DNA of 63,569 nt, counting the filler, from Reticulomyxa filosa (taxonomy: Eukaryota; Protista; Foraminifera): assembly GCA_000512085.1 (NCBI GenBank). It is 18 parts of 18 records of this genome, joined end to end, with 100 filler letters (N's around TTAATTAATTAA, not from the genome) between each part and the next. Parts side by side here need not be neighbours in the genome. Positions count along the whole stretch, not along the records: positions 22,503 to 40,560 come from ASPP01005451.1; 17 more parts are not named here. One strand, written 5' to 3'. The position numbers were made by a program, and so were the translations under genes. The notes under the pieces are model-generated. The model had not been told where the DNA came from. It was given only the letters and a program-made list of their open reading frames with translations, and did not search any database. This document shows positions 26,352 to 40,168 of the stretch, in pieces (position 1 is the first letter of the stretch; the number at the start of each line of letters is the position of its first letter).

Positions 26352-27307
26352 ATCTTCAAAATTTCATTTGGCAACATTAGAAAAAGTACAAAAGGGCTGT
26401 TCCACAAAAATTTTTAAAAGACACACAATTCTAAACTCACCAGAAACTTGTTTTTCTTTAATATTTCCCCAAAGAAGCCTAGATTTGCAAACAGCAAATG
26501 CAGTTCTTTTAGATGCAGTCTTTGAGATTATCGAAAATGTTGCTGGAAAATTTAAAACAGCTGGCACAAATTCATGTGAAGTTGGTCAAAAGATTATTTC
26601 TAATGAGAAAAATAATTGTTAATATTTTAAGTATTCAATTGTAAATGAATTCCTTTTCAAATGATTAAAATAAAGTTAAATTTCATAATGTTACCTCTTT
26701 TGACTGTCAATCAAACAGTAAGACCAGCGTCACGTCTACTTTCAAAGAGTAATATCCAGTTGAATATTTTTTTACGCAAATTGTCATCAAAAAGAATTAT
26801 AACAAAATCTTTTTCGACGACCACCATACAAAAGCGATTGACAATTGTCAAAATAAGTACAATGTGTTTGCCTTTCTTAATAAAAACCGAAAGTTAAAGT
26901 AGTAAAGAAAACAATGACAAATTGATGGATGTCAATGTTATTTAACACGTTTTGATTGAAACTTAATAAGCTTGAACATTGTTCAGGTAAAATAAAAATT
27001 TGAATTATTATAAACATTCACAAAATTTTGAGGTTAAATTCATTTTGTTTGAAAATGGTATTACAAAGATAAACTTCAGTTTTTAAGCTTTTTACAAAAA
27101 ATTTCTTTAAATTATGACAGTCATTATCTTAAATTGCAACAAATATTGATCAATTTGTTTAAATGATGTATATTTTTAGAAGATGTAAAATTATTGCATA
27201 AAACGGTATTCTGCGTGTAAATCTATGTGTTAGCTACGGCTTGTTCGTAATCTGCTCGTTTTTTTTAGCGCCACGGGATATTGTCATTTGCAAAAAACTG
27301 TAATATC

Positions 27308-28040
27308 ATGAAGCTTGTACTTTCATTGTTATTATTGTCTTTAACTGAATTTTTGCTTTCTCATGGAAAAAATGCAAGCAATATGACAGAGTTTAATACT
27401 GAATTGAAAGCAAATCAAGCAAAATGGAAACGTTACTTGGTAAGCGATTATTTTTACGAAATGGAACGACAAACTTGTCAATGTAGTGGATGTTTTTTAT
27501 ATCAAATGCGGGTGTTCGTGACTGACAAGAATGATATTAATTCAGTACAATACACTCAAAATCAAATGGCAGAAAATTGTGGGAGTAAATATCTAGCCAC
27601 AAAATACTATTTCACAATTGATGGCATGTTCAATCTAATGTCTGAGTTTATAACGAACAACACGAGTATGTACACGTTGAAGGCCGAATATGATTCTATA
27701 GTAGGATATCCCACATATCTCTCAATCGAAAATGGGACCGAGCTTTTATATGGATGGTGGGTCACATGTTTGACAATCCAACAGTCATCTGGACCACTTT
27801 CGTATAATGCGAGTACTCACGATCGATGTAAATATGATCCAAACAAAACTTCGGTTAATTTTTTTTTTTGAAACGAAAAAACATAAAAGAGTGACTTTGT
27901 AATTCATAAAAAACTCTTCTATTTTTTACATGGGTATTTGTGTTTTATTTGGGATGGGGAAAAAGGGCGGATCGAGAAGTTATTATATGCCAGGTGGATT
28001 GAGTATAATGTTACTTGTTTTGGGTTGGTTGTTCAGATAA
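27308..28040 (+). CDS. Secreted, possibly GPI-anchored DUF6174-like protein; 2 exons
   Basis: Signal peptide MKLVLSLLLLSL; ELKANQAKW...DYFY...CQC...TIDGMF...YDSIVGYPTYLSI matches my recollection of DUF6174; spliced last exon GGSRSYYMPGGLSIMLLVLGWLFR*. Confidence 0.65.
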
Positions 28041-28510
28041 TAACGAAAGAGCTAAGGCTTTTTATTAAAATTGAATATGTCGTTGATATAAATCTTTTTT
28101 CGCAATTGTAATTGACAATGATACCTCAGCACAGGTTTAAATAAACATGCAAGACATATCAAATAAAAAATCAATTTCAATTACAAACAAATTTCTTTTC
28201 TGTAAGACACCCTAAGGGTTAGAGAAAATCAACTATTTTTTTCCAACTTTAGTCTTCAAGCTTATAAGCAAAACAGTCTTTGTCCAATGACACATCATTC
28301 TTGGAAAGCTTAAAACAAATGAAATGTCGAATGGAATTTTAATAAATCTGCATTATATTTTAAGAAAAGTTTCGGCAACTAAAACTAGAGTTTTGTGAAC
28401 GTTCAAGTTTTTTTAGGTGAACCACGAATCACTTTACTAGTGATTGTATGAAATATCAAGTCCAATACTTGAATGTTGTTGGCATTGGTATTTCTAAGAT
28501 AGAATGTGTT

Positions 28511-31500
28511 TTAATTTTGACGGGCCAAATCTTGTTGGGTATCGTTAATTTGAACCGTGTGAACTTGAGATGGCTCTTCGTCTATTGTTTCTTGAGCGAC
28601 GTAAGGCGAACAACTTTGGTTAGCAATGCGAAATGCGCCACTGAAGTGATTTTTGAATTCTTCAAATGATACCTGCCGTAGCCTATCGATAACCTTGGGT
28701 GTGCTCAGATATGATTGAGTAAGCTGGTCACCATTCAAAGATCTGAAAACTTCAACAAATTTTATGTTTCTGGCCCCCATTCTTTTAATTACTTGTGTTG
28801 TTTGCAACGCATATTTTATTTTTTTCCATTTTTTCATTTGTTGAAATTTTCGGTTGTCTCCCCACTGCTGAACCAATATTCCAAATTCTGGAAATGTTTT
28901 CATTATTTTCTGTATTTTATCAGCAACCCATTAACAAAAGGATGAGTTCATTTTAATTGTTCTACTTTCAAAAAAAAAATCGGACACAATAATTGTCACA
29001 AATTTAAAGATATAATCAAAAAATTTGTTAAATTCACCCGGAGTGCAGCTTTTGTGAGTATCAACAATTCACAATGGATGATACACCGGATTGTAGAACC
29101 TCTCCTTGCATGTGGTTTGAAAATGGTGTCACCAAAAAAAGATCCGTCCGTGTGCCATTCTAATCGTTTCCCGTTTGGGTCTAGTTCTTCCAAATCGCCT
29201 CGGACGACAAAAAACATTTCACTTGCACGCTCACCAATCAAAAATACCACCTCATTGGGCAAATATATACGTGAGACAAGAGAATGTATTAAAATTAATA
29301 GCAATTGATCGGGTAATTCTTTGAACCGAGGCACTTTACTTTTTTTTTTTGGGAGGGGCCGGTGTTGTTTGGTTGAAAAAAGAAAGTGATTTGAAAATTG
29401 TTTGCTTTTGTAAACATGAAAACAAACAAAAATTTGTCACCTGAGCAGTTGTTGATTCATTTCTAATTGTAATTGTTCTTGCAAACCACTATGAATGTCT
29501 TCCAACATCTGTTCGTCAAAATTACTTATATGTCTAGTGTAGCAATACTCGTAATAATCAATTATTTGATCGGTCAATTCTTCACTTACATTTCTTTGTC
29601 GCAAGTATTCTTTAACTGCCTCTATTCTTCTTCGTTTTTTGCCTTCAGGTGTATCTATATCCTGTAATGCTGAGCCTACACTACCTACAATCAACGCATA
29701 CATCAGGACTCCAACCACAACGGCAACGATTGAGAACATATATTCAGTGTCACTGACAGGAGTAACATTGTTACCTACTCCTGTCGTTACTTGTATTGCC
29801 CAAAAATAGGCCCTTAAATATTGTGACCAAAACCCATTATTTAATGTACTATCCGAGGGCGTCCATGCAGAAAGTACATTAGGGTCATTTGCAGGTGTAA
29901 AGCCTTCTTTCAAAGATATAAGCCAGTACGTACAACCGATCCAATGCCATTCCATTATCAGAAATCCAAGTAACTTTGCTAGCCGCGTAATCGAGGGCTT
30001 TCCACAAACAAAGGAAAAAAAGGAATAATGTATCCGATTGCTACGTCACTCCACAACTCCAAAGTGCAGATTGGAGTTGAGGAAAAACAGAGTCTAGGGA
30101 TTAACAGATAAAGTATTGGAGTCAGAACAAAAATAAAAGAACAAATAAAAATACAAAACATTGATTTTTGCTTTATACAATAACCGTTTCCAAATACGAC
30201 TCATCCTCAAAATTCTCATAAGTTTTACACTTCTTACTAAACGAAGCAAGCGATTGATTGACGCTCCAGAGGAGGATCCAGAAGAGGATCCAGTAGTCGC
30301 AACAAGAATCAAATCCATTGGAAAAGATGCCGCTACATCAACAATAAACCATCCCTTAAGGTACCTAAGTATAATTTTGCGGTGTGAAGTTTCCATTCGG
30401 CCTGCATTTGGGCCTGCTTCATGTTTGAACGTTGTGAAAAACTGCAATCCAATGTCTACCGCAAAAAAACAGTTTAGCGAAATTTCTAACTGTATTCCAT
30501 TAAATGGTGATGACGGAAACGCAATATTGATAGGTGTCACGATTGCGTAGTATAAAACTAGAATCATCATAAATAGATCCCAGTACATCCTCCACACAAG
30601 TTCTGGGTTAATAATACCCGTGGGGAGTGTATCCTCGTCATTGGGCTTAAATTGAATCAAAATCCTAGAATTACGCTTTAATCTTTTGTATTGTTGGTCC
30701 TATATTATGAATTGTAAAAATTTTTGTTTTAAAATACTGGCTTTAAAAACTGCATTTTCACTGACACGAAGAAAAACAAAAGATCCGTTAAAAAAAGGGG
30801 TAAACTGTTTGAGCCTCGATTAAGATTTTGGCTGTATCTGTATTTTGAAAAGCAATTTGATTGGAGTTGAAAATTAATCCAATATTTTTGAGTACTTTAG
30901 TTGTTTTGTCTTGTTTCGCTTCAGGTTGTTTTTTTTTCATGAGAGCTTGATCTTCTTGGAGGTTGTCCAGTGGCAGCGTTTGTGTACCTTTAATGAAATT
31001 AGGATTGGTGTTGCTTCTATTTAGTTGAATGCGTTCTTTATTCTGACTGTTTGTGTCAGGAATATTAATGAATGGCTGTGGTGGTCGCAACAATGATGAC
31101 CTTGGCTTTTTTTCATGTGATGACGAAGAGAGTTTATCACTTGATGGAAATGGTGCCACACGTGATGTATAACCGAGAACTTTGCTCTTGAAGTCAAATT
31201 TTTCTTTCTCTGGAGATTCGTTTTGTATTTTATCAATGAAATCGGCATTGTTCTCGGCAGTGCGAAAAAACGCTGTCTGTTTTTGAACGGACAAGAAGTG
31301 AGGGGACACTGAAACGAAGAGTTTGCTTTTGGAAAGTTGTTGGTTCGTCTGGGTCACTGCACTCATCTGTCATTAAAAAACTTCCGACACTTGCGTTTGA
31401 CGGAAACATATTTTGGCTTGAAGTCCTATGTGGAGCTATCACTTTTGCTAGAAAAAGTTTTTCAGAAGCTGCTCTTGCGTCGACATTGCTGTTTAAACTT

Positions 31501-31517
31501 GTACTTTTTTGTTTCAT
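28511..31517 (-). CDS. Cyclic-nucleotide-regulated cation channel (CNG/HCN/EAG superfamily); multi-exon, ends approximate
   Basis: S1 WRMYWDLFMMILVLY; S4 RLLRLVRSVKLMRILRMSR; S5 WHWIGCTYW; pore YFWAIQVTTGVGNNVTP; C-linker; CNBD YLPNEVVFLIGERASEMFFVVRG...GSFFGD...RRGSTIR. Confidence 0.93.
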
Positions 31518-32049
31518 CCTTATTGTTCAAAATAAAAATTGTCTGTTCTCAAATTTGGCATATTATAGCCACGTGTTTCCTCTCTATTGATCTCTTTTGG
31601 CAATGCTGACGTGAACATAAGCTCATATAAATGATATGCGTTTTAAAATATCTATAACTGAACTCAGCTTCTTCAGTTTGTATTTGTTGAAACTCTGTTG
31701 GTTCACAAGCAATGTTCTTTTTTTTAAAAAAGAGTATAGCAATATTTCTGTAATTTTCATTTTTCTAAAATATGTTGTTAAGTAAGGGAAGCGTCTCGTT
31801 TATTGAGCTTTGGATTAGAATGACACATCCTCAAATTGAATTGTTAGATCTGTTTGCATTTAACAGATAACCAACAAGCAAATGTTTGTTGTTCCAGATA
31901 TTTTTGATTAGAATAAACACTTTTGAAAGGTCTTTTTTGTTCGTAGAAGTGCAATAATAACTTGTTAGTACAAATTTACAAAAGAGATATGTTTTTGATT
32001 TAAAGAAAAAGAAAAAAAAGCGGCAGCTGAGGGAAAATATGTTAGTAAA

Positions 32050-33003
32050 TTAAGGTTTTTGTTTGAGTTGTTGGCTAACGACTTCTTTGTCCCTTCGCAG
32101 CTTTAGCTCAGCTTGCATCTCTAAAGGAAGAAGCCCTAAAGGACAATCCGGAGTTTTTGTATAAGATTCGAGGCCGTCCCAACTGGGATTCCAATATTTG
32201 CGGATAATCTGATCTTTACAAAAATGTGACAACTGTGATGCTTCATAAAAGTGAGCCGCTTTCAATATATCGTAAATTGTTTCAGAGTCAACGCATTCAA
32301 TGATTGTGAATTCAATCTTACGAAATAATTTGTGTTCTCGATATCGATGACATAAACCCAAGAGTTCAATCAACAGATTTAATGAAATTGTCACAACGAG
32401 TTTGTCGGAATATAAATAGCGCAGAAAAGCTTTAAACGTATCTGGTTTGATATCTTTTGAGATAACAATATGTCCAGTTTTGCTCTCATGCATTGAGCCA
32501 TGCATTAACATAGTTTTGTAATACTCACTGCGACCAGTCAACACAAATTTGTGTGCGCAAACGCTGGTATTGTCACTCTCAAAGTAAAAGACAATATCGC
32601 CATATTTTTGTTGATCAAACAAGTGCAACAGTTGCTCACCTTTGTGTTATATAAGTTTGTTTGGATTAATCTTTATTTATGTATGTATCTTAAATAACTT
32701 ACTTAAGGTTGCTCCTAAATTTGCAACGCCTGGGAAAGCACTCGATGAATGCAGCAATGTTAGAATCTGTACAAACTCGGAGATTTGCGAATTGCCGATG
32801 TTCGCACTTGTCATTAGCGGTTGCACAATGTCATTATACGTATACCGCTTAAGTATTTCAAACAATGTTTTAGTTATTTTGTAAATACGCGACTCCTCTT
32901 CGTTGTTGCTTTCGATATCTGCAAATCGAAGTTTAGTTTTTTGAATGATTTGCTAATGTCCAATGGCAATGGCTTTATGTCATTATCATTGCTATTATTA
33001 TTA

Positions 33004-33068
<65 letters not shown>

Positions 33069-33594
33069 GTCATTATCATTATCCTCATCCAAACCAACAA
33101 CCTCACTCTCTTCGCGTTTGCTATTGCTTGCAATGTCTTTGGATGTATTCAATTGCTTGGTTTTGCGTTGCAACACACGTTCGATGATCGACTCAAATGC
33201 AGGCAGCCGAGCAACCAAGATGCACAGATTCATATAATGAACGCTTCCATCCGCCAACTCGATCACGACGTCGAAGTCCCCGCTGCGTCCGGCCACCCAC
33301 TCGTTATACTCCGCCCACAACATGCGTCCGAGTTCTGTCATGGCTCCCACCGCAAGTGCAAGCGACTGATTCCCCCCTGCCGAAATATCGTACACGTTGC
33401 CTTCGAACCAAACGGGTACCAATTTCTGCTCATAGCTACTTACCTCGAGCGTTCCGAGTTGCGAATGCGTATTGTCTCCGCAACTGTTCATTTCAGATAA
33501 ATTTCATCCAATTTGTCCAACAGATATATATGTATATACATATATATGAGTATGTATGATGTAAATACAAGCTGATCAAATTTTTTTTGTTACC

Positions 33595-33634
<40 letters not shown>

Positions 33635-34678
33635 AAGGATGGAGATTACCTGTAGACTTTGCCGTCGGCAGACAAGAGCAAGGTGTGTTGGCTTCCGCAG
33701 CTGACTTTGATCCAATGGATGGTGTGATGCATTTGCTGCTGCTGCTGCGTGCGTTGGGACTGGCTCTGGTGAGTGCTAACAACGTTGGACTCGCTTTTTT
33801 CATCGCCGGATTTGGAGTCACTTGCGTTATACGTTGCGGAGTGAGCTGAGAATATCTGACTTTTGATGCACTTGCCAAGAGATGTGTCTCTCCACAAGAA
33901 CACTCGTCCAGCATTGCTCACTGCGCCGTAATGGAAACCGCCACTGGAAATGTCGACAATTATCTCGTTGTCATTCAAATCCAATGGGACTGGCACCAAT
34001 TGCTTGAACTTGTCATCTTTGAGATTGGCATAGAGATAACGTGAGTGAGTGTTACCGCAGACGTATACATGACCGTTTTGTGTTAAAATTAGTGAATGGT
34101 TGCCATTGGCTTTCACACTTTGAATACCTTTTTTTTGTTGTTGTTGTTGTTGTTGTCCATATGACATATGGCTTTATTGTCAATGGATTACGTAAATTAA
34201 TTTTTTTTTTTTTTTTTTAAAAAAAGTGCAAGCAAACCTCTTTCTTTTTCTTTAATGTGCTCGAAAGACATGAGCAAAGGCTTCGCTGTTTGCGAAATAC
34301 TGGAGTCACTCAAACCGAGCTGGCCAAAGTCATTCTTTCCCAAACCCCACACTTGGTGAGAGTCGTCCAAACACAGCGTGTGGTGAAACCCTGCTGTAAT
34401 TGCCGTGACTTTTATACGCTTCAAGCTTTGCACTAACAGCGGCTGCTGCACAATGTGTTGTCCCGCTCTTCCCAAATACAAACGCAGTCTTTAACCATTG
34501 CGAGTAGTTTTCAGTCAATTCCTTCCCTCCTTCTTTCTTCTGCTTCTTCTCTTCCTCTTCTTCCTTTTGTTCTTCCACTTTCGCTTTCGTTTCATCCGTC
34601 TTCAAATCGCTACTCTTGACCTCGCTTTCACATACTACACTTGTGTCATTTTTAGTTGTTTGCACTTGTTTGTCGTTG

Positions 34679-34716
<38 letters not shown>

Positions 34717-36156
34717 GCTGTCCTCTACTGTGTTTTTCAAACTATTTAAAGTATCTTCACTAATACCAATTTGTCCATACTCGGTATGACCCCATGCATA
34801 CCTGTAGTAAACCACCCCTCCCCCTTCCGACTTATGTATTTAAGCAAATTAAATAATTAAATAAATAAATATATTTATGTATACGTAACACATTGCCATT
34901 ACTGCTGACAGCCAAGCTGTAATTACTTCCGCATCCAATCGAAACAATATTCTCATGTTGCAATGCTACCACTTGGGTTGGAATCGCACGACTTTCTTGA
35001 TCGCCATGACCTTCAATTTTCATTTTTTTTTCCCCCCCCCTTTGCAAAAAAAAAAAAAAGTCATATGTATGTACGTGTGCATGTAGCATAAGCAAGGAAT
35101 TCATTGCACATAAAAAGTGCTTGTTGACACAGACATAGACAAAACCTGTTGTCCATAAGAATTGACGCCAAAGCTGTATACGCTTCCAAAAACAGTAAGG
35201 AGTAAGGTGTGCTTCGCAGAACAGCTGATGGATAGCGTTTGATCATAGGGATTGACACCAGTTACATATACACGTTGGCGGTCGGCATAAACGTCATGGC
35301 CATTGCCAGTGCCCCATTGCCATATCTGTTGCTTCACACCACTACCAACTGGCTCTTCCAATTTTACTGCTTTGAAGTCGCGCACTGGTGCAAGTGTTGC
35401 CACAAAATGGTCAAACGCGCTCCAAAGTCGATGAGTGTCCATCCACGACCGGCTCCGTTGTGTTGTAAGCAGCAGCATTCGATACGTCCCTTTTTTCAAT
35501 GTCACTACCATAATGTGAGGGACTTGCTTACTTTGCATTCGAATTTCTTCGTGCGTCGCTCGTATTACCGCAAATTTTGTCATGTTGTTAACCCCTTTGG
35601 TAATGTGTGCACACTTGTTTCTTTCCTGTTAACTACGTATACATACATGTGTAAATGTGTTATATTGTGACCCAGTTTAAGCTTAGGGACCTACTTTGTC
35701 TTTGTGGGTCTATATTTTCTTCCAGGTTCGTCGTATGTTCTTCTGGATGATAATGGTCTTGCCAATGCTTTGCCGAAGGGAATATTCCGGAATATGTCCA
35801 TCCATGAGCCATTGCGTAGGACTGATCGTTGAAAAATCTTTCAAGTACTTCGATTTCATCACCATATAAATAAAATTGCCACGCATTTAATGACGCACAC
35901 TCGCCAGCGCTGTCAATCACTTTTACGGGGGTTTTTTCTCTCGCTGATAACAATGCTGTGTTTATGTCATATAAAATCATCGCGCACTGATCTGGAAAGG
36001 GGTCCGAAGTGTAATCTTTCCATTGCTGGGCCAAGCTGAAGGGCTGTGCTGTGCTCTTGACTCCGAGTAATAAAAGAAAAGACAATATGATTAGCAATTA
36101 TCAAAAATAAAAGTGTAAAAAAAGACACTTACTAACCTCAGTGGAAGAAAGGACAT
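32050..36156 (-). CDS. RCC1-repeat plus C-terminal BTB/POZ protein; multi-exon
   Basis: RCC1 blades (ITAGFHHTLCL...VWGLGKNDFGQLG; VSCGSQHTLLLSADGKVY; CGDNTHSQLG) and BTB (YGDIVFYF...VCAHKFVLTGRSEYYKTML...FKAFLRYLYSD); short first exon MSFLPLRL inferred from a GTAAGT donor. Confidence 0.9.
32993..33068. repeat. (AAT)n microsatellite encoding poly-Asn; similar tracts at about 10148-10200, 10648-10690 and 34681-34716
   Basis: Direct reading; in frame within coding exons. Confidence 0.95.
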
Positions 36157-36475
36157 TTTTCTGTTGATCTACAAGTAGCATTTGAATTTGCTTAATTAAG
36201 AGGGCTCAGTTTTACACCGACAATTTTCTGGAAAATTGTTTGTCTGTTGCAAAAAAAAGGACAAAATCATATATTTTAAATTTTAAATTAAATAAATGCT
36301 CAGTAGCACATTTTTCAAAAAATGTTACAAATTGGATGTGCTAACGAGACGTAGTTGGGACCATTGATTCAAGAGCTGCGAAATTTATTGATCGAATAAC
36401 TTTTTAAAAACAAAAAAAAAGTAAATAATTTTCTAGTAATTAACAGCCAAAGTTTTCGAATGTCTCTCACAAGCT

Positions 36476-37308
36476 TTATTTGGTTTGACTTGGTGTATCT
36501 TCAGTTTTGAATGTTTCTTTTGACATTGATTCATTTGACTGATAATGTGTATACTTGTTTGCACTTCCTCGCACCAAATGACTTGGATATTTTTTTGCAT
36601 TTTTTTTGCATTTTGTCCAAAACGCAAGATCCCAAGTCAACATTGCAAAGATCTGCAAGTCTTACTAAATACAATAACACATCACTCAATTCCTCCCCCA
36701 AATGTTCCATTTCATTGGCCTTCCAACTTTTTAAACCTACTTCAACCTCGCCTTTCCATTGAAATATCTCACATAATTCACCCAGCTCTCCAGTCTATGA
36801 GAATATGTATATAAAATGAAATGAAATAGATTTTCCATCTTTCGGATATTACATATATATGCATTTATTATCGTTGCCATTATTTCATGTTTGTACACAC
36901 CAATGCTAATAACACATTTCTTGGTGTGTGAAATTGCTCCCAATTTCTCTCTTCAACGAACTTTCGCATTTTCTGTCGTAGCATTTCCAAAGTGACATCT
37001 TTTCGAAATAAATTGTTTTCTTCTTGATTTGATGTATTGGAGCGCTCCAAGGACTCTTCGCTACTGAGCAAGTTAGCTTTGTGTGATAACAAAGCCTGGA
37101 TGTTCCTTTGGAGCTTCTTCTGATGGCCAATAGATTTAATCCCTAAACTTGCAAAATCTTGTGAGGTTAATTCGATCAATACTGATCCATCAATATGATT
37201 GTCTTCGAAATTTGAAAGATAGCATTCAAGCCCAACAGAAGACAGCCAGCTCTGTACCTCTTTTACCGTCCAATCCTGGACAGAGCTACAAGTAGTTAAA
37301 TTTGACAT
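36476..37308 (-). CDS. DCTPP1: SAM domain fused to dCTP pyrophosphatase 1 (DCTPP1/MazG-like all-alpha NTP pyrophosphatase); 2 exons (37308-36901, 36794-36476)
   Basis: SAM: WTVKEVQSWLSSVGLECYLSNFEDNHIDGSVLIELTSQDFASLGIKSIGHQKKL. DCTPP1: FVEERNWEQFHTPRNVLLAL|TGELGELCEIFQWKGE...HLGEELSDVLLYLVRLADLCNVDL...KNAKKYP. One extra base in the homopolymer at 36600-36607. Confidence 0.9.
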
Positions 37309-39496
37309 TTATATAAATTACACTTCTCAATTTTAATAATTTGAGAGTCGTTTCTTACAGAATTTTCCTCTCTCCTCTCGTTTGCGTAACAATATGTTAA
37401 TAATTCGCTTGAAATATAATAAATTATGTTAGTAATTTTGATCATTGCAAACTGGATCATTTAAAAAATATTTTACATTATATTGAAAACATTATAAACA
37501 TTTCAACAAAAGTTAAATGTTGCGTTAAGTTATATTGTGAAACTATCAGTTTCTATTATTGTATAAGCAATATGTTGCCTTTTTTGCATTTTGTCATATA
37601 ATATTTTTTTATAAACTGTGATATTAACTTATCATTCAATTTTGCAAAAATATCAACGCTTTTAGCGCCAAAGCGTACACATACTATGATAATAAACAAA
37701 ACCTAAATCACTTGTATTATGTCCTTCTTTTTTCCACAATTCAATTACTTATATATAAGTTAACTTTTATTTCTTCCAAAGATATGACTTTTTTCAATTA
37801 TTAACAGTATAACTTTGTTTTCATCAATAAAATTTTGTCGTTTTGCTTTAAGTTATTTAACTTTGTCTTTTTTGTAATAGCATATAATAAATTCAATTTC
37901 AAGTATTAGCTATTATAAACAAAAGCTTTTATTTCGTTTTCGATACTTTACAATTTTTTCAAGTCTTCTACTGTCATAATGATGTAATGTTAAATTTTAT
38001 TACAAATCAAAAGTTCAAATAAAAAAAAATCTTAATAAAGTAGAATTTTATGTTTACTATTTTTTTTGCAAACTAATATTTAACTTTAATAAATTTGACA
38101 ATATTATATATTTATTTATGATTAATATTGATTTAGTATATTTATACTTTTTTTGTGTTCAATAAAATAAATAGTGTTAACACAATCTGTTTGATGCCAG
38201 CATAATTCCATTTGTGATATTATCCAATGCAAATTAAAACTGTTATTTATTTCGTTTAATTTATGTTGTTTGTATTTATTTATTACAAGGTTTTTTATTA
38301 TTTATTGTATTTAGCTTCAAAATTCATATTATGCTCTTATCACTTACAATAATTTCTTGTATAACAAATAATATTTTATATTTACTTTCATCGATCCAAT
38401 AGTTAAACTGTTCGTATTTGATATGTGATTTTTTTTAAACATTTAAAAAAAGTATATACGGACATTTGAAATTGATTAAGTAAGACTTTAGTAATTAGCT
38501 TTTTTTATTAATAATTATTAGTATTATTACCTCTTTCATTGCGGCCAGTTTGCAAATCAATAACTAATGTAATAACATAATTTATTCAGCTTTTGACATA
38601 ACACTTGGCGTTCCCTCTTTAGTGCTCTTAAATATATTTTGTGAATTGTGTTTTCTTTTTCGTTGTAAATACTTTCATGAGCGATATACACAAACAACTG
38701 ATATGCGAAGTATTTTTAGTTTTAATTAATCCTCTTTTAATACTGAACAACCCCCTTATCTTGTAATATTAAGTTCTCATTCTCAGATAATAAAGTTATG
38801 ACAACACAATATCCAATTTTTATATTTTTGTTCAGTAAATGTCATACAAGAAGCTTGATATAGCACAATATATTCAATTAATTAGTTTTATCGATTGCAC
38901 AGCAATTTCGACGTGTTATTTAGTATTTGTTTAATTATCGAAGAGCAGTTTGATTGTAAGTAATTTTGTAAACAGTCCTGCATTAAAGATAACAATCTTT
39001 TTTTTCGAAACATTGTCTTAAAAAACTTTGAAATATTGATTTTTCAAGAATAAAATTCCAAGTACTTGTAGATGCTCATTTTAGTGCAGTCGATTGTATC
39101 TTTTGTCTAAAATCAAATTGCTTTTTTTGCAATTTAGATACAAGTTGTAAACGATTTGAAGTATTAGAATCTAATATAATACAAAATAATTGCAACAACG
39201 TCATTAGTATAATTTGAAAGCGCCAGAATACATAAATTAAGATATCGATACTTAAATCAAAGAAATTTAGATTTTGAAAAATACTTTAATTGAAAGAAAA
39301 ACGCCAACGACTAAAGAATCCAAACCTTTTTTTGAACATTAACAAACTGAGAATGAGTTGAAAAATTGGAAATTAAAAATGTCGAAGAATAAGATGAGTG
39401 GAAATACATTTGCTAAAGTGTGGTTTTAAGTTTAAGTCAACAAAAACGAACAAATAATAATACACAAATTTTTTTTTTTTTTTTTTGCTCCCTGAT

Positions 39497-40168
39497 TTAT
39501 TGCAGTCTGAGTTTGCCAGCTCTTTCTTTTCTTCGTAAATGCCGAATAGCGGCCTGTTTCCATTTCGCTTTATTTTTAACAGCGACAGGTGCAATGACCA
39601 TATGTAAATTGCCGCGAATAACACGCAGGGCTTGTTCTTTTTCAATTCTTTGCCTGTCTTTAAAGCGGTTCATATAAAAGCGTCGGTCTCGCAAAGCTTT
39701 GATTTGATTAACGCGGTGGATGGCTTGGATCGTTTTAGCCATCAAATTACGGTTATATCTCGTTGGAATATTGCGTCTTTTTTCGAAGTTCAGCACGTTG
39801 TCATTCGACAATTCTTTGCCATGAGACCAACGGAAAGCCTTTGTCCAGCGAGTTCGTCGTGGATTACGTCTCATTTTGAAGTTGTTGTGACATTTGCCTC
39901 GACAAAATCGAAATACCTTTATTTTATTCAAGGAGTACTCAATCCTTTTTTTTTTTAATTTTAACAAAATAACAAAATTTAACTTTGCAATCATTTCGAA
40001 CAAAAGTTATCCCATGACCTGGGTAAATAGGGCCCGAGCTGTTCGAAGTTTTTGTGTGGTTGCATTTTTTTTTTTCCTCCGCCTAAAACAGCCTTTTTTC
40101 TTTATGTTGTTTTGATTAAAACAAAGACAAAAAAAAATGTACCAAAAATAACACTTCCAAATTCGCAT
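39497..40168 (-). CDS. RLP24: Ribosome biogenesis protein RLP24 (RSL24D1); 3 exons
   Basis: MRIWKCYF|..[18 protein letters not shown]|[46 protein letters not shown]. Confidence 0.95.

Noticed and set aside
36060-36097. Signal peptide MLIILSFLLLLG on the RCC1-BTB protein
   Set aside because: It is the translated branch point and pyrimidine tract of an intron; the ORF starts at TTG and a short ATG exon lies upstream at 36156
37320-39370. 2-kb very AT-rich ORF-free stretch as an ncRNA or structural locus
   Set aside because: No repeat, hairpin or RNA-gene signature found by eye; treated as intergenic
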